Shown here: positions 8,769 through 18,256 of the stretch, piece by piece
Layout of the letters: every line of letters starts with the position of its first letter
How positions within the stretch are numbered: position 1 is the stretch's first letter
NCBI GenBank assembly: GCA_041483895.1
Contig: JBGPGO010000002.1
Coordinates: 1-64,000 of the forward strand
Direction of reading: 5' to 3'
DNA from: Fimbriimonadia bacterium
GTDB lineage: Bacteria > Armatimonadota > Fimbriimonadia > Fimbriimonadales > JABRVX01
DNA: 64,000 nt
Program-made: the position numbers and the translations under genes
Notes under the pieces: model-generated
What the model was told of the DNA's origin: nothing
The model's input: only the letters and a program-made list of their open reading frames with translations
The model's database searches: none

Positions 8769-10010
8769 ATGGTAAATCTACTTAAGCTAGCAATTTTAGG
8801 GGGATCACCCGTTCGCGCAAAGCCGTTTCCCGCGTGGCCTGTCTTCGGGGCAGAGGAAGAGGAGCGGCTGTTGGGCGTTTTGCGAAGCGGTAACTGGTGG
8901 CGGCCCGGCGGGACCGAAGTCGATGCATTCGAGCAGGCCTTCGCCTCCTACTGCGGCTGCCGGCACGCGATTGCGGTCACTTCCGGCACCGTTGCGCTTC
9001 GAATCGCCCTGTGGGCTTCGGGCATCCGCGCCGGCGATGAGGTGATCATTCCGCCCTACACGTTTCTTGCCACAGCCACGTCCGTGTTGGAGTGCAACGC
9101 TACGCCCGTCTTCGTCGACATTCAGCCTCACACCTTGAACATGAATCCTGAGCTCTTGGAGGCCGCCATAACGGATCGGACGAAGGCGATCGTCCCCGTC
9201 CATCTCGGCGGCTGCGCGGCGGACATGGACGCCATCAGGAACATCGCGGAACGGCACAATCTGATCGTGATGGAAGACGCCGCTCATGCACACGGCGGTC
9301 AGTACAAGCGCAAGCGGCTTGGATCGATCGGCCACCTTGGCTGCTTCTCACTCCAGGCGTCGAAAAACCTGAATTGTGGCGAGGGCGGCGTGATTGTCAC
9401 ATCGGATGACGCTCTGGCGGAGGAATGCCGCGCGATTCATAACTGCGGCCGCACGTCCAGCGGAAACTGGTTCGACCGAAATCTATTGAGCGGCAACTAT
9501 CGGATGACCGAATTCCAGGGGGCGATTTTGAATGCCCAGATGACGCGGCTGGACGAACAAATCGAGCGCCGGGAACGCAACGCGGATCGCCTCACAAAAC
9601 GTCTCGACGGCCTTCCGGGAATCGTTCCCCAAAATCGCACGTCAGACGAAACACGAAAAGCCTACCATCTCTATTCCTTCTTGTATGACGATGCCGTGTA
9701 TGGGGTGCCACGCTCGGTATATATTCAGGCGCTCCGGGCCGAAGGCATTCCCGCGAGCGAAGGCTACACGGTCCCGCTTTACCGCCAACCGCTTTTCACT
9801 CAGCGCGGCTTCGGTCCCTACACCGCGGCTTCATCGTATGATTATTCGTCCGTCAACTGCCCGGTGTGCGACGACGTATGCGCATCTCATGGCGCGTGGC
9901 TGCTGCACTACCTGCTGCTGGGGGATGACGGCGATTCCGATGACATCGCGAGCGCCTTCGAGAAGCTGTACGAGAATCGGAATGCCTTGAGGGAGATCCC
10001 ATGTACTTAA
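8769..10010 (+). CDS. DegT/DnrJ/EryC1/StrS family PLP aminotransferase
   Basis: TSGTVAL, EDAAHAHG, FSLQASKNLNCGEGG. Confidence 0.92.
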   Translation: MVNLLKLAILGGSPVRAKPFPAWPVFGAEEEERLLGVLRSGNWWRPGGTEVDAFEQAFASYCGCRHAIAVTSGTVALRIALWASGIRAGDEVIIPPYTFLATATSVLECNATPVFVDIQPHTLNMNPELLEAAITDRTKAIVPVHLGGCAADMDAIRNIAERHNLIVMEDAAHAHGGQYKRKRLGSIGHLGCFSLQASKNLNCGEGGVIVTSDDALAEECRAIHNCGRTSSGNWFDRNLLSGNYRMTEFQGAILNAQMTRLDEQIERRERNADRLTKRLDGLPGIVPQNRTSDETRKAYHLYSFLYDDAVYGVPRSVYIQALRAEGIPASEGYTVPLYRQPLFTQRGFGPYTAASSYDYSSVNCPVCDDVCASHGAWLLHYLLLGDDGDSDDIASAFEKLYENRNALREIPCT

Positions 10011-11242
10011 CCGGCGCCGCACAAATCGATATCACTCCCGACTGGCCCGTTGATCTCTGCGGATTTGTGGCACGCGAGCAGCCAAGCACGGGCATCCATG
10101 ACCGGCTCTACGCTCGCGCCCTGTACCTCGAGGGAGGCGGGAAGCGGCTGCTGTGGCTCCACGCCGATCTGCTCGGTTTTCCGGGCTTCTATGCTGACTA
10201 TATCAAATCGCTGTTGCATGAATGCGATGGCTTGGAGGAGCATGAGGTGATGATCTCCGCAACCCACACGCATTCCGGTCCCGCGACTCTGCCGCTGTTC
10301 GAATGCGGTGAGATTGATCCCAAATACCTGTCGCTCGACGACTGCCTTTTGACCCGCCAGCTGCTCGCGGTGTCGGAGGCGGCGATGCGCGATACCGAAC
10401 CCACTCGTGCATGGCATTGCGAAGGAAAATCCGATCTGTGCATCGACCGCCGCGGCTTCTCGACCGCCCACGTCGATCCGATCGTCGGCGTCGTTGGATT
10501 TCGCAGAGAGGACGGCAGCTACAAGGCGGTCATCGCCAACTATGCGGTGCATCTTGTCGCGATGGGTGGAGCAAATCGGATGATCTCCGCCGACATGTTT
10601 GGTGCGGCATCAAGGGCGATCCAGGGCGCGCTCCCGGGGGTGCCGGTCGTGTTGTTCACTGCCGGGGCATGCGGCAATCTTAACCCGCCGGAGGTCGGAG
10701 ATGACTTCCCGCAAATGGAGCGGTGGGGCGGCGGTTTGGGTGACATCGTGGTTGCATCGCTCAAGGGCGCGGAAGCGGTCGCGGACGGGCTGTCCAGTTC
10801 CTTGATCCGGCAAACAGTGCCCTTTCCGACACTCACTCCGACAACAGCGAAGGAGTTCGCGGACCGCCTCCGTTTGGAGGTCGAAGGAAACGAATCCCCC
10901 ACCGCCAACCGGATCAGAAAGGCATGCGATCGTTGGGAAGCGAAACGGGAGAATCAGCCGAACAGCCTCACGGTTCCCATCCAAACGATCAACATCGGCG
11001 GCATTCGATTTGTCGGGATTGGCGGCGAGATTTTTTCCATCGTCACCCCACTCCTCCGCCGACATTTCGGAACACCGACTTACACGGTGAGTTATGCCAA
11101 CGACGTGATAGCATACTTTGCCCCTTCCGCGGCATACTTGGAGGGAGGGTACGAGTTGGAAAGCGCCCCCATCTTCTTCGGCACCCCGCCGATCCCAATG
11201 TATACGATTGAAAGCATGATGCTTGCGTCTACGCGGGCCTAG
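10001..11242 (+). CDS. Neutral/alkaline ceramidase-like amidohydrolase
   Basis: DITP, IHDRLYARAL, SATHTHSGP, NYAVH, GACGNLNP. Confidence 0.8.
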   Translation: MYLTGAAQIDITPDWPVDLCGFVAREQPSTGIHDRLYARALYLEGGGKRLLWLHADLLGFPGFYADYIKSLLHECDGLEEHEVMISATHTHSGPATLPLFECGEIDPKYLSLDDCLLTRQLLAVSEAAMRDTEPTRAWHCEGKSDLCIDRRGFSTAHVDPIVGVVGFRREDGSYKAVIANYAVHLVAMGGANRMISADMFGAASRAIQGALPGVPVVLFTAGACGNLNPPEVGDDFPQMERWGGGLGDIVVASLKGAEAVADGLSSSLIRQTVPFPTLTPTTAKEFADRLRLEVEGNESPTANRIRKACDRWEAKRENQPNSLTVPIQTINIGGIRFVGIGGEIFSIVTPLLRRHFGTPTYTVSYANDVIAYFAPSAAYLEGGYELESAPIFFGTPPIPMYTIESMMLASTRA

Positions 11243-11282
11243 GTAATTGGAGATTGATCGGATCCGGCAAGACGGCCCGCGT

Positions 11283-11645
11283 CTACCCTAATGGATTGAA
11301 CGGTTCGATATCTCGCACAAACTGGTTGGAGTCATCCACCAAAATTATCTTGGGCCGCAAGGGTTCATCGGTGAGGGCAAAACTTACGATGATCAGCCTG
11401 TCTCCGGCATTCACCTTGTAGGCTGCGCCGCCGTTCAGCCCGCATACTCCAGGCCCCCCACCCATGGCATACGTGGTGAAACGCTGTCCGTTCGTCACGT
11501 CCCAAACGTGGACAAGCTCGCCGTCGATCATGCCGACCCGCTCCATCAACGACCGATCGATTTCAATACTTCCGATGTAGTCGGGATTTGTGTAGCTTAC
11601 CTTTGCGTGGTGTATTTTGCTTTTTAGAAGTTGGATGAGACGCAT
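11283..11645 (-). CDS. panD: Aspartate 1-decarboxylase
   Basis: LKSKIH, YIGSIEID self-cleavage site, NGQRFTTYA, LNGGAA. Confidence 0.93.
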   Translation of the reverse strand: MRLIQLLKSKIHHAKVSYTNPDYIGSIEIDRSLMERVGMIDGELVHVWDVTNGQRFTTYAMGGGPGVCGLNGGAAYKVNAGDRLIIVSFALTDEPLRPKIILVDDSNQFVRDIEPFNPLG

Positions 11646-14100
11646 GCGGATGACCGTTTTCCTCGTGTGATGTCAGGGCGCGCTGCCGGGCCAATGCGCG
11701 TGCGTCCAACGCTCGGCGCCGGACCGACAAGAAGCCGCCGCAGGCCATGATACCCGCGCCCAGCCACACGAGAATCGTAAGGGGTTTGTGGAACAGCTCC
11801 ACCGGCAAAAGGTCGGTGATGGTCCCCAATTGGAAAAGGATCGGCCCATTCATCCCTTGGGGCGGTCCAATCGACGCGCCGATCCCCTGTCCGAGGTCCT
11901 GAGGCATTGCCTGAAGGCCATCCTCCGTCATTTGGAGAGCCGGCTCCACGTCGAACGAACCGGTGGGATGGACCACGTGAAAGTGGGCGGAAAAAGTGGT
12001 TCCCACCTGACCCGGCTGGCCCTTCATCGTCAGCGCGCCGATTCGCGTGATTGTAAACGGACCCATTTTTTTCGTTTCGCCAGGGCTGATCTGCACCTGG
12101 CCTCTCGCGTCGAACACGTTTTCCGGCGGCCGAATGGAGACATAGATGTCATTATCGAAGCCGCGCTTAATCCAGGGCCGGGTCATCCGCTGCGGATTCG
12201 GATCGCCCGGCTGAAGCCGTTGCCAATACTCCGGCAGCGCAACAAACTTCTGGTCGCCGCGCACGAATGTAATCGGCAGTTCTTTCATCTGTTTCATCGC
12301 GGTGCTCGCGGGAAGGAGCCGGTCGTCGCCGCGCGTGATGGTGAAGCCAAGACCCTCCGCCGGCTCGTTCTTCGGAAGGAGTACCTGCTCTTTCCGCTCA
12401 AATCCACGGGAAACGACCATTCCAAGCAGTAGGATCGCCACCCCCATGTGCGCGATAAAGCCGCCGACGGTGACCCGACTCCGGCGGATGACTTCCGAAA
12501 TCCGCCATGCGTTGGCCGTTACAGTGAGAAAACAGATGACCGCGACAACAAGCCCAAACGGGTTTCGTATTCCCATCGCGAAGAACCCGACAATGGCCAA
12601 GGTCGCCGCCGCCGTCCACGGAAGCAGCATCCGATTGAAGAATCGTTTTCCGTCCGTCCGGTGCCAACCCAAGAACGGCACCAGCGCGGAGAGTATCAGA
12701 ACGATAACCGCGGGCAAAAGAAGCGCGCGATTGTAGAAATCCTCTTCCAGCTTGACCGATTTTCCGGACAAAAGGAATGTGAGCCAGGGCCAAGCTGTGC
12801 CAAGCAGCGCGCAAAGACTCATGAACATGATCGCCGAAATGCCGGCGTATAGCCCATACCTTCTCGGCACGCCACTTTCCTCCTCGAAATCCCCACGAGT
12901 AGGTACGGACCAGCTCTCCGGACGGAAGAAAGACCAGGCCATGCCGCCGAGCATCCCAACCGTCCAAATCCCCATCGGCCAGCGCAAATAGGCCATGAAG
13001 GAACCGGGAACGATGAGCGACCAGGTGAGCAGTCCCGCGCCGGCCGCGACGGAGCCCCAATAGAGAGCCGTTCGCCGCACCGCCAGGTGGGTCCATGTGA
13101 ACAGGGAGACGAACGCGAGAATGCTGCCGACCACCATGCCGATCAGCAGTCGTTTAGAGCCCTCCTCCATGTTGACAAACGAGTGGACGCTGACATCGCT
13201 CAGCGTGCCGCTGCGGGTAAGGAAGGTTCCGAACATGAACGCCATGAACGGGAAGGCCGCAAAGAACAGGTTGGCCTTTCCGCCCTTGCCGGTGGCATTG
13301 AAAACATATAATCCGTGAAGCAGTGCTACCGCGCCGAGCCACGGGATGAAGGACACATTCTCAACGGGATCCCACGCCCAAAAACCTCCCCAGCCCAGCG
13401 TCTCGTACGCCCAGAATCCGCCCAGACACAGGCCAAGGCCCGTCGTCGCCGCGGAGAAGGCCGCCCAGGGCCGCGCGAGCGCCTGCCAAGTCTTGGTGTC
13501 GCGCTTGACGAGCGCCGCAATCGCAAAGCAGAACAGAATTCCGAGCGAAGCGAAGCCGGTGAACATGATGGGCGGATGAATGGTCATCCAATAGTTTTCG
13601 AGCGACGGATTGAGGCCGAGGCCGTCGGTAACGAGGAACTTATGTCCGCTCGCAGGGTCTGTGAGGTAACCCATTGCGTCCGCACCGGGATGGAAGGCGA
13701 ATGGGGTCTTGAAAGCGAGTATGCCGACGAGCGAGGCCAGGATCAGGGTGAACGCCACCATGAACGGCCGTTCGAGTTTGTCGAGCTTCTTATAGATGAC
13801 GAGGCCGAGCAGGGCCGTGAGGGTTGTCCAAAGCAAAAAGCTGCCTTCTTGGCCGCCCCAAGCGCCGGCCAGCTTGTAGTACCATGCGATGTTGCGCTCG
13901 CTGAACTGCCACACATAATTAATCTCGTACCGGCCCGTCATCAGCAGGTAGATCAGGTATCCCTCGACGGTGAAGATGGACGCCACGGTAGCGAGGTAGA
14001 GGCGTCGACCCCAGGGAATTATCTTCCCGAAAAGATAGGCGAAGACCGTCGCTAATGCGAATGCGAGGGCGACAAAGACGGCGGTGGTTCCGAATAGCAC
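11563..14100 (-). CDS. ccmF: Cytochrome c biogenesis heme lyase CcmF
   Basis: WGGQEGSFLLW, IHPP, WGGFWAWDPVENVS, LTRSG...SVHSF. Confidence 0.93.
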   Translation of the reverse strand: MLFGTTAVFVALAFALATVFAYLFGKIIPWGRRLYLATVASIFTVEGYLIYLLMTGRYEINYVWQFSERNIAWYYKLAGAWGGQEGSFLLWTTLTALLGLVIYKKLDKLERPFMVAFTLILASLVGILAFKTPFAFHPGADAMGYLTDPASGHKFLVTDGLGLNPSLENYWMTIHPPIMFTGFASLGILFCFAIAALVKRDTKTWQALARPWAAFSAATTGLGLCLGGFWAYETLGWGGFWAWDPVENVSFIPWLGAVALLHGLYVFNATGKGGKANLFFAAFPFMAFMFGTFLTRSGTLSDVSVHSFVNMEEGSKRLLIGMVVGSILAFVSLFTWTHLAVRRTALYWGSVAAGAGLLTWSLIVPGSFMAYLRWPMGIWTVGMLGGMAWSFFRPESWSVPTRGDFEEESGVPRRYGLYAGISAIMFMSLCALLGTAWPWLTFLLSGKSVKLEEDFYNRALLLPAVIVLILSALVPFLGWHRTDGKRFFNRMLLPWTAAATLAIVGFFAMGIRNPFGLVVAVICFLTVTANAWRISEVIRRSRVTVGGFIAHMGVAILLLGMVVSRGFERKEQVLLPKNEPAEGLGFTITRGDDRLLPASTAMKQMKELPITFVRGDQKFVALPEYWQRLQPGDPNPQRMTRPWIKRGFDNDIYVSIRPPENVFDARGQVQISPGETKKMGPFTITRIGALTMKGQPGQVGTTFSAHFHVVHPTGSFDVEPALQMTEDGLQAMPQDLGQGIGASIGPPQGMNGPILFQLGTITDLLPVELFHKPLTILVWLGAGIMACGGFLSVRRRALDARALARQRALTSHEENGHPHASHPTSKKQNTPRKGKLHKSRLHRKY

Positions 14101-14493
14101 TTATGTTCCTTGGGCGGTCTTCTCGCCTTGGTACTTGGACGGACACTTGAGCTGGATGTCCGTGCATTCGAAATGCCCTCCGGTCATGGCGCCGCCGACG
14201 ACGACTCGCGGCGCATGCTCCATGTTGTCCGGCATAAATCCCTTGTGGACAACGTTGAGGGTCTCTCCTGTCTTATCGTCTTTGAGCGTGAAGGTGAGCA
14301 ATTTGGATTGCACGTTGTTTTCCACGCTGTCCTTGACCAGCACGCCGTTTACGTGGACCCGTTTGCCTTCCATGTTTTTGGCTTCGCTGACGGTCACATA
14401 CGGAGTGGTGTTCTTGACGAAAGCGAGGACGGCGAGGGTGAGCCCTCCCGCGATAAGGACCAAAGTAAATATTGCTCCGATTTTCATTTTCAT
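14101..14493 (-). CDS. ccmE: Heme chaperone CcmE (CxxxY type)
   Basis: N-terminal TM helix, OB-fold, C-terminal LKCPSKY. Confidence 0.9.
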   Translation of the reverse strand: MKMKIGAIFTLVLIAGGLTLAVLAFVKNTTPYVTVSEAKNMEGKRVHVNGVLVKDSVENNVQSKLLTFTLKDDKTGETLNVVHKGFMPDNMEHAPRVVVGGAMTGGHFECTDIQLKCPSKYQGEKTAQGT

Positions 14494-14524
14494 TCGATTC
14501 TACCGCCTTGTTTCCGTTTCCCTC

Positions 14525-14840
14525 CCCCTTTTCCAGGCGCTTGCCTGGAAAAGGGGCCCCCGTAACTCCCTCCCCCGCTTGCGGGGGAGGGTTGGCGTGG
14601 GGGTTCTTTCCCGTTCCCCGCTTGCGACTCGGTCAGGAGACCGGTCGCATCAGGGCATCAGGGCCCTTCCTAACTCCCTCCCCCGCTTGCGGGGGAGGGT
14701 TGGGGTGGGGGTTCTTTCCCTTCGTCCCTACGTTGACCATTTCATTGACGATCGCATCGTCAAAATCCCGTTCCCGCTTGCGACTCGGTCAGGAGACCGG
14801 TCGCACCATGGCTGCGCAAGCTAAAGCGTGCGGCTACCCT
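14525..14840. repeat. Cluster of REP-like palindromes between ccmE and ccmC
   Basis: Hairpin CCCCTTTTCCAGGC-GCTT-GCCTGGAAAAGGGG, two copies of TAACTCCCTCCCCCGCTTGCGGGGGAGGGTTGG.GTGGGGGTTCTTTCCC, and two copies of GCTTGCGACTCGGTCAGGAGACCGGTCGCA. Confidence 0.85.
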
Positions 14841-14958
14841 TATCCCGTTCTGTGTCCCTCAGAGCCTGCGACACCCGCTGCTGGATCGACCAAAGGTAGA
14901 TCATCAGCGCCGTAAATACGATGAGTGGCGGCAATGTGACCGCTATCTTCCAATCCAC
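14821..14958 (-). CDS. CcmD-like small membrane protein overlapping the ccmC 3' end
   Basis: GGAG then GTG; MDWKIAVTLPPLIVFTALMIYLWSIQQRVSQALRDTERDKGSRTL (45 aa, TM helix plus charged tail); lies between ccmC and ccmE. Confidence 0.65.
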   Translation of the reverse strand: MDWKIAVTLPPLIVFTALMIYLWSIQQRVSQALRDTERDKGSRTL

Positions 14959-15619
14959 GTTCTGTCTCCAATCTGTATAGCAGATGTCCTGCCTGAATGC
15001 GTACCCGCATGATCGCCAGGCCGATGGCCATGTAGCCGACGAAGGCCGACCAGAAAATCTTCTTGTATGTCGGGTCGAGGCCGGCGCTGGAGATCAGGGT
15101 GTTGTTGGGATGCAAGGTCGCGAACACCCTGGGGATGACGATCATCAAGAACGGCACCGTCGCCATCGCGAACACCGCGTATCCCGCCGAAAGCACCATC
15201 CTCCGCCGATCATCGGGTATCGAGCCGCGCAGGGCAAAGTAGGCGGCGTAGATGAGAAGCTGGGCAACGATGGTGGTTTGCCGCGGGTCCCAGTTCCAAG
15301 GGGTGTTCCATTGCATATAGGCGAAGATGGAGCCGGTGACCGTAGCCAGAACGCACATCAGCGTTCCCATCTCGAGGGCGGCTACGGACTTGATGTCGTC
15401 CAGCGGGAGCTTTAGCCGTAGAACCCGAATCGCATACCAGGCCCCGATGCCGAAGAACACGATACAAGAGATTGCGGCAGGGACGTGAAAGAAAATGATC
15501 CGCGCTGCCTCTGGCTTGGAAAATCCCTCTGCCGGCGGCGCCTGGTACGCGGCAACGATGATGACGGCCATAAACAGCCATATCAATAGCAGAGCCCAAG
15601 GGGTTTTCATTCTTTCCAT
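14840..15619 (-). CDS. ccmC: Heme exporter CcmC
   Basis: RIIFFHVP, WNTPWNWDPRQT (WWD motif), TLHP. Confidence 0.92.
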   Translation of the reverse strand: MERMKTPWALLLIWLFMAVIIVAAYQAPPAEGFSKPEAARIIFFHVPAAISCIVFFGIGAWYAIRVLRLKLPLDDIKSVAALEMGTLMCVLATVTGSIFAYMQWNTPWNWDPRQTTIVAQLLIYAAYFALRGSIPDDRRRMVLSAGYAVFAMATVPFLMIVIPRVFATLHPNNTLISSAGLDPTYKKIFWSAFVGYMAIGLAIMRVRIQAGHLLYRLETERGLEDSGHIAATHRIYGADDLPLVDPAAGVAGSEGHRTG

Positions 15620-16362
15620 ATTGCGTCAAACAGCCAAAATCCGGCCGCGCCGATGGCAATCGTCCATCCCAACATTCCTACGTTGCCTTGCCAGCCGATT
15701 GTGGCGGCGGCCGCTCCCAACCCGGCCTTCGTCGTAGAAACCGCCATTGCAATCATCGGTACAAGTACCGGCAAAGACAGCACTCCTACCAGGGATCCCC
15801 GGCTGCCGGCCCGAGCGACCAGCGCTCCACTGATTGTGACGCAGACGGCCAGCCCGATGCTGCCATTGATTATTCCGACACAAAATATCAGCCAATCCTC
15901 AACATGTATCCCTAGGAATAGGAGGCTCAGGGGAATCAAGATGACTTCTGAGGCCAGCAGAAGCGCCCCATGAAACAGCATCTTGCCGGCCAGCGCCGCC
16001 GAGGGCCGGGCCGCAAGCCGCAATAGGTCCGCCGTGCCCTGCTCCTCTTCTAAAACGAACCCGCGGGCCAGCCCCGTAACCCCGGCGAATACGAGAGCGA
16101 CCCAAAGCAGTCCAGCCTGGCCTTCCGGCGTGAGGGCGGAGTTGGCCGTGGCAAGACCCATCGCCACAACGGTCATGACGGCAAAGAGCAGCGCGGTGTA
16201 GACGCCCTGTCGCGTACGCCATTCGACCCGTAGGTCTTTGGCGAGAACGGCGAGGGTCTCAGACGCCCAGGTGGAGCCGTGCGTCCCCGTACCGGTACTC
16301 GTTTGTATCGTTTGTGGCGAAGAGGGCGATGCCTCTGCGTCTTTGGTCATCGAGGATGCCAT
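15607..16362 (-). CDS. ccmB: Heme exporter permease CcmB (true start uncertain)
   Basis: LAKDLRVEWR, GLLWVAL, EEEQGTADLLRL, VLSLPVLVP. Confidence 0.88.
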   Translation of the reverse strand: MASSMTKDAEASPSSPQTIQTSTGTGTHGSTWASETLAVLAKDLRVEWRTRQGVYTALLFAVMTVVAMGLATANSALTPEGQAGLLWVALVFAGVTGLARGFVLEEEQGTADLLRLAARPSAALAGKMLFHGALLLASEVILIPLSLLFLGIHVEDWLIFCVGIINGSIGLAVCVTISGALVARAGSRGSLVGVLSLPVLVPMIAMAVSTTKAGLGAAAATIGWQGNVGMLGWTIAIGAAGFWLFDAIWKE

Positions 16363-17026
16363 CTAATACCTTTCGGCCCGCATCGTCCATGCCGGCGGTG
16401 GGCTCGTCCAGAAGCAGGATCGGGGGTTGGTGCTGGGTGGCGAGGGCGAGGCGAAGCCGCTGCTTCATCCCTGTCGAGTAGGTATCCACTCGGTCGTGAC
16501 CGCGGCCGCCCAATCCCGCCCGGTCCATTGCCTCTTCCGCCTGGGTCACCGTCGTGGACTGTCCGCGTAGCTTCGCGAGGAAGCGGTAGTTCTCTATCCC
16601 GGTCAACGCTCCATACAGCGCCAACTCCGGCGAAGTGAGGCCGATCATGTTGCGTGAAACCCCCTCCCCCGCTTGCGGTGACTCCTTAACCGCCTCCCGC
16701 GCTTGCGGTGACTCCTTAACCCCCTCCCCCGCTTGCGGGGGAGGGTTGGGGTGGGGGCGGATTCCGGTGTTGGGGTCTTTGGGGTCGGCGGACGGCCAGA
16801 CATCGGCGGACGAGGACCCCAACACAACGTTGTCAATGTCTATCGATCCCTCCGTCGCGGGCAGGAGGCCGGAGAGGACCTTGAGCAGCGTGCTCTTGCC
16901 GGAGCCGTTAGCCCCGCTCACAACCAGCACCGACCCGCCCGCCAGGTTTAGATCGAGCTGCCGGAACACCCACCGGGCGCCAAATCTTCTTCCTAACCCC
17001 GAAGCCTGAAGCCGTATGGATACCAT
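16259..17026 (-). CDS. ccmA: Heme exporter ATPase CcmA with repeat-derived in-frame insertion
   Basis: GANGSGKST, YSTGMKQRL, LLLDEP; leads the ccm cluster. Confidence 0.9.
   Translation of the reverse strand: MVSIRLQASGLGRRFGARWVFRQLDLNLAGGSVLVVSGANGSGKSTLLKVLSGLLPATEGSIDIDNVVLGSSSADVWPSADPKDPNTGIRPHPNPPPQAGEGVKESPQAREAVKESPQAGEGVSRNMIGLTSPELALYGALTGIENYRFLAKLRGQSTTVTQAEEAMDRAGLGGRGHDRVDTYSTGMKQRLRLALATQHQPPILLLDEPTAGMDDAGRKVLDGILDDQRRRGIALFATNDTNEYRYGDARLHLGV
16655..16825. repeat. REP-like elements inside ccmA
   Basis: 30-bp tandem CCCCTCCCCCGCTTGCGGTGACTCCTTAA, the palindrome CCCTCCCCCGCTTGCGGGGGAGGG, and GTGTTGGGGTC...GACCCCAACAC. Confidence 0.85.
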
Positions 17027-17071
17027 CCGCCGGATTATACCGACCAGGCTGTGCTATACTTTTCGACCGCC

Positions 17072-18256
17072 ATGTCTCTCTCGCTGGCCAAACGCATCGC
17101 AGCCATCCACGCCTCCCCGACGCTCGCAATGTCGGCGCGCGTTGCGGAAATGCGCAAGAATGGCGCGGATATCATCTCCTTTGGTGCCGGCGAACCGGAT
17201 TTTCCGACCCCGGACGTGATTTGCGAAGCCGGCATCGAGGCCATTCGGACGGGGCACACCAAATACACCGCCTCCGCCGGCACGCCGGAATTGCGGCAGG
17301 CGGTCGCCGAGAAGCTGCGGCGCGAGAATCACATCCGATACGAGACGAACGAGGTCTGCATCACGTGCGGAGCAAAGCACGCCGTGTACCAGGCTCTCAT
17401 GGCGCTGTGCGAGGAAGGCGATGAGGTGATTCTGCCCGCGCCGTACTGGCCCACCTATGTCGAACAGATCAAGCTTTCCGGCGCGACCCCCATTATCGTG
17501 AACTGCAAGCCGGAGAACGGCTATCTGCCCGATTATGACGATCTGCGAGCCGCTGTCTCTCCGCGGACCAAGGCGTTCCTGTTGACCACTCCGCACAACC
17601 CGACGGGCGCCGTAACACCCCGATCGGCGCAGAAAGAGATTGCCGCACTCGCCCTAAAACACAATTTCTGGGTGATATCGGACGAGATTTATGAGAAGCT
17701 GGTGTATGGCTACGCGGAGCATCACAGCTTTGCGGCGTTGGGAAAAGAGGTCCACGATCGCACGGTCACCGTGGGAGGCGTTTCGAAGACCTACGCCATG
17801 ACCGGTTGGCGAATCGGGTGGGTCGCAGCGCCGCAGCCGGTCGCAAAGGCGATCAACGAGCTGCAGGACCAGGTGACCAGCAATCCCTCCTCCATCTCCA
17901 TGCAGGCGGCGTTGGCCGCTCTCCGCGATGGGGATGCCGATGTGGCCCGAATGCGCACAGCCTTTGCCGAGCGCCGGGACGTGATGTACGACGAGCTGAC
18001 GGGAATCCCCGGCTTCCGTTGCGTCAAGACCGCCGGCGCGTTCTATTTCTTTCCCGACGTCTCCGAGATCTGTCACGGCCGGATGGAAAGCTCCGCCGCG
18101 TTGGCCGATTACTTATTGGAGGAGGCCCTCTGCGGCATGGTTCCCGGAGAGGCTTTCGGGTTGCCCGGCCACCTTCGCGTCAGCTATGCCCGCTCGCTGG
18201 ACGATATTCGGCGCGGCGCGGAGCGGATCCGGGTGGCCGTCGCGAAGCTGCCGTGA
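17072..18256 (+). CDS. Class I PLP-dependent (aspartate) aminotransferase
   Basis: GAGEPDF, PHNPTG, SDEIY, SKTYAMTGWRIG. Confidence 0.92.
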   Translation: MSLSLAKRIAAIHASPTLAMSARVAEMRKNGADIISFGAGEPDFPTPDVICEAGIEAIRTGHTKYTASAGTPELRQAVAEKLRRENHIRYETNEVCITCGAKHAVYQALMALCEEGDEVILPAPYWPTYVEQIKLSGATPIIVNCKPENGYLPDYDDLRAAVSPRTKAFLLTTPHNPTGAVTPRSAQKEIAALALKHNFWVISDEIYEKLVYGYAEHHSFAALGKEVHDRTVTVGGVSKTYAMTGWRIGWVAAPQPVAKAINELQDQVTSNPSSISMQAALAALRDGDADVARMRTAFAERRDVMYDELTGIPGFRCVKTAGAFYFFPDVSEICHGRMESSAALADYLLEEALCGMVPGEAFGLPGHLRVSYARSLDDIRRGAERIRVAVAKLP

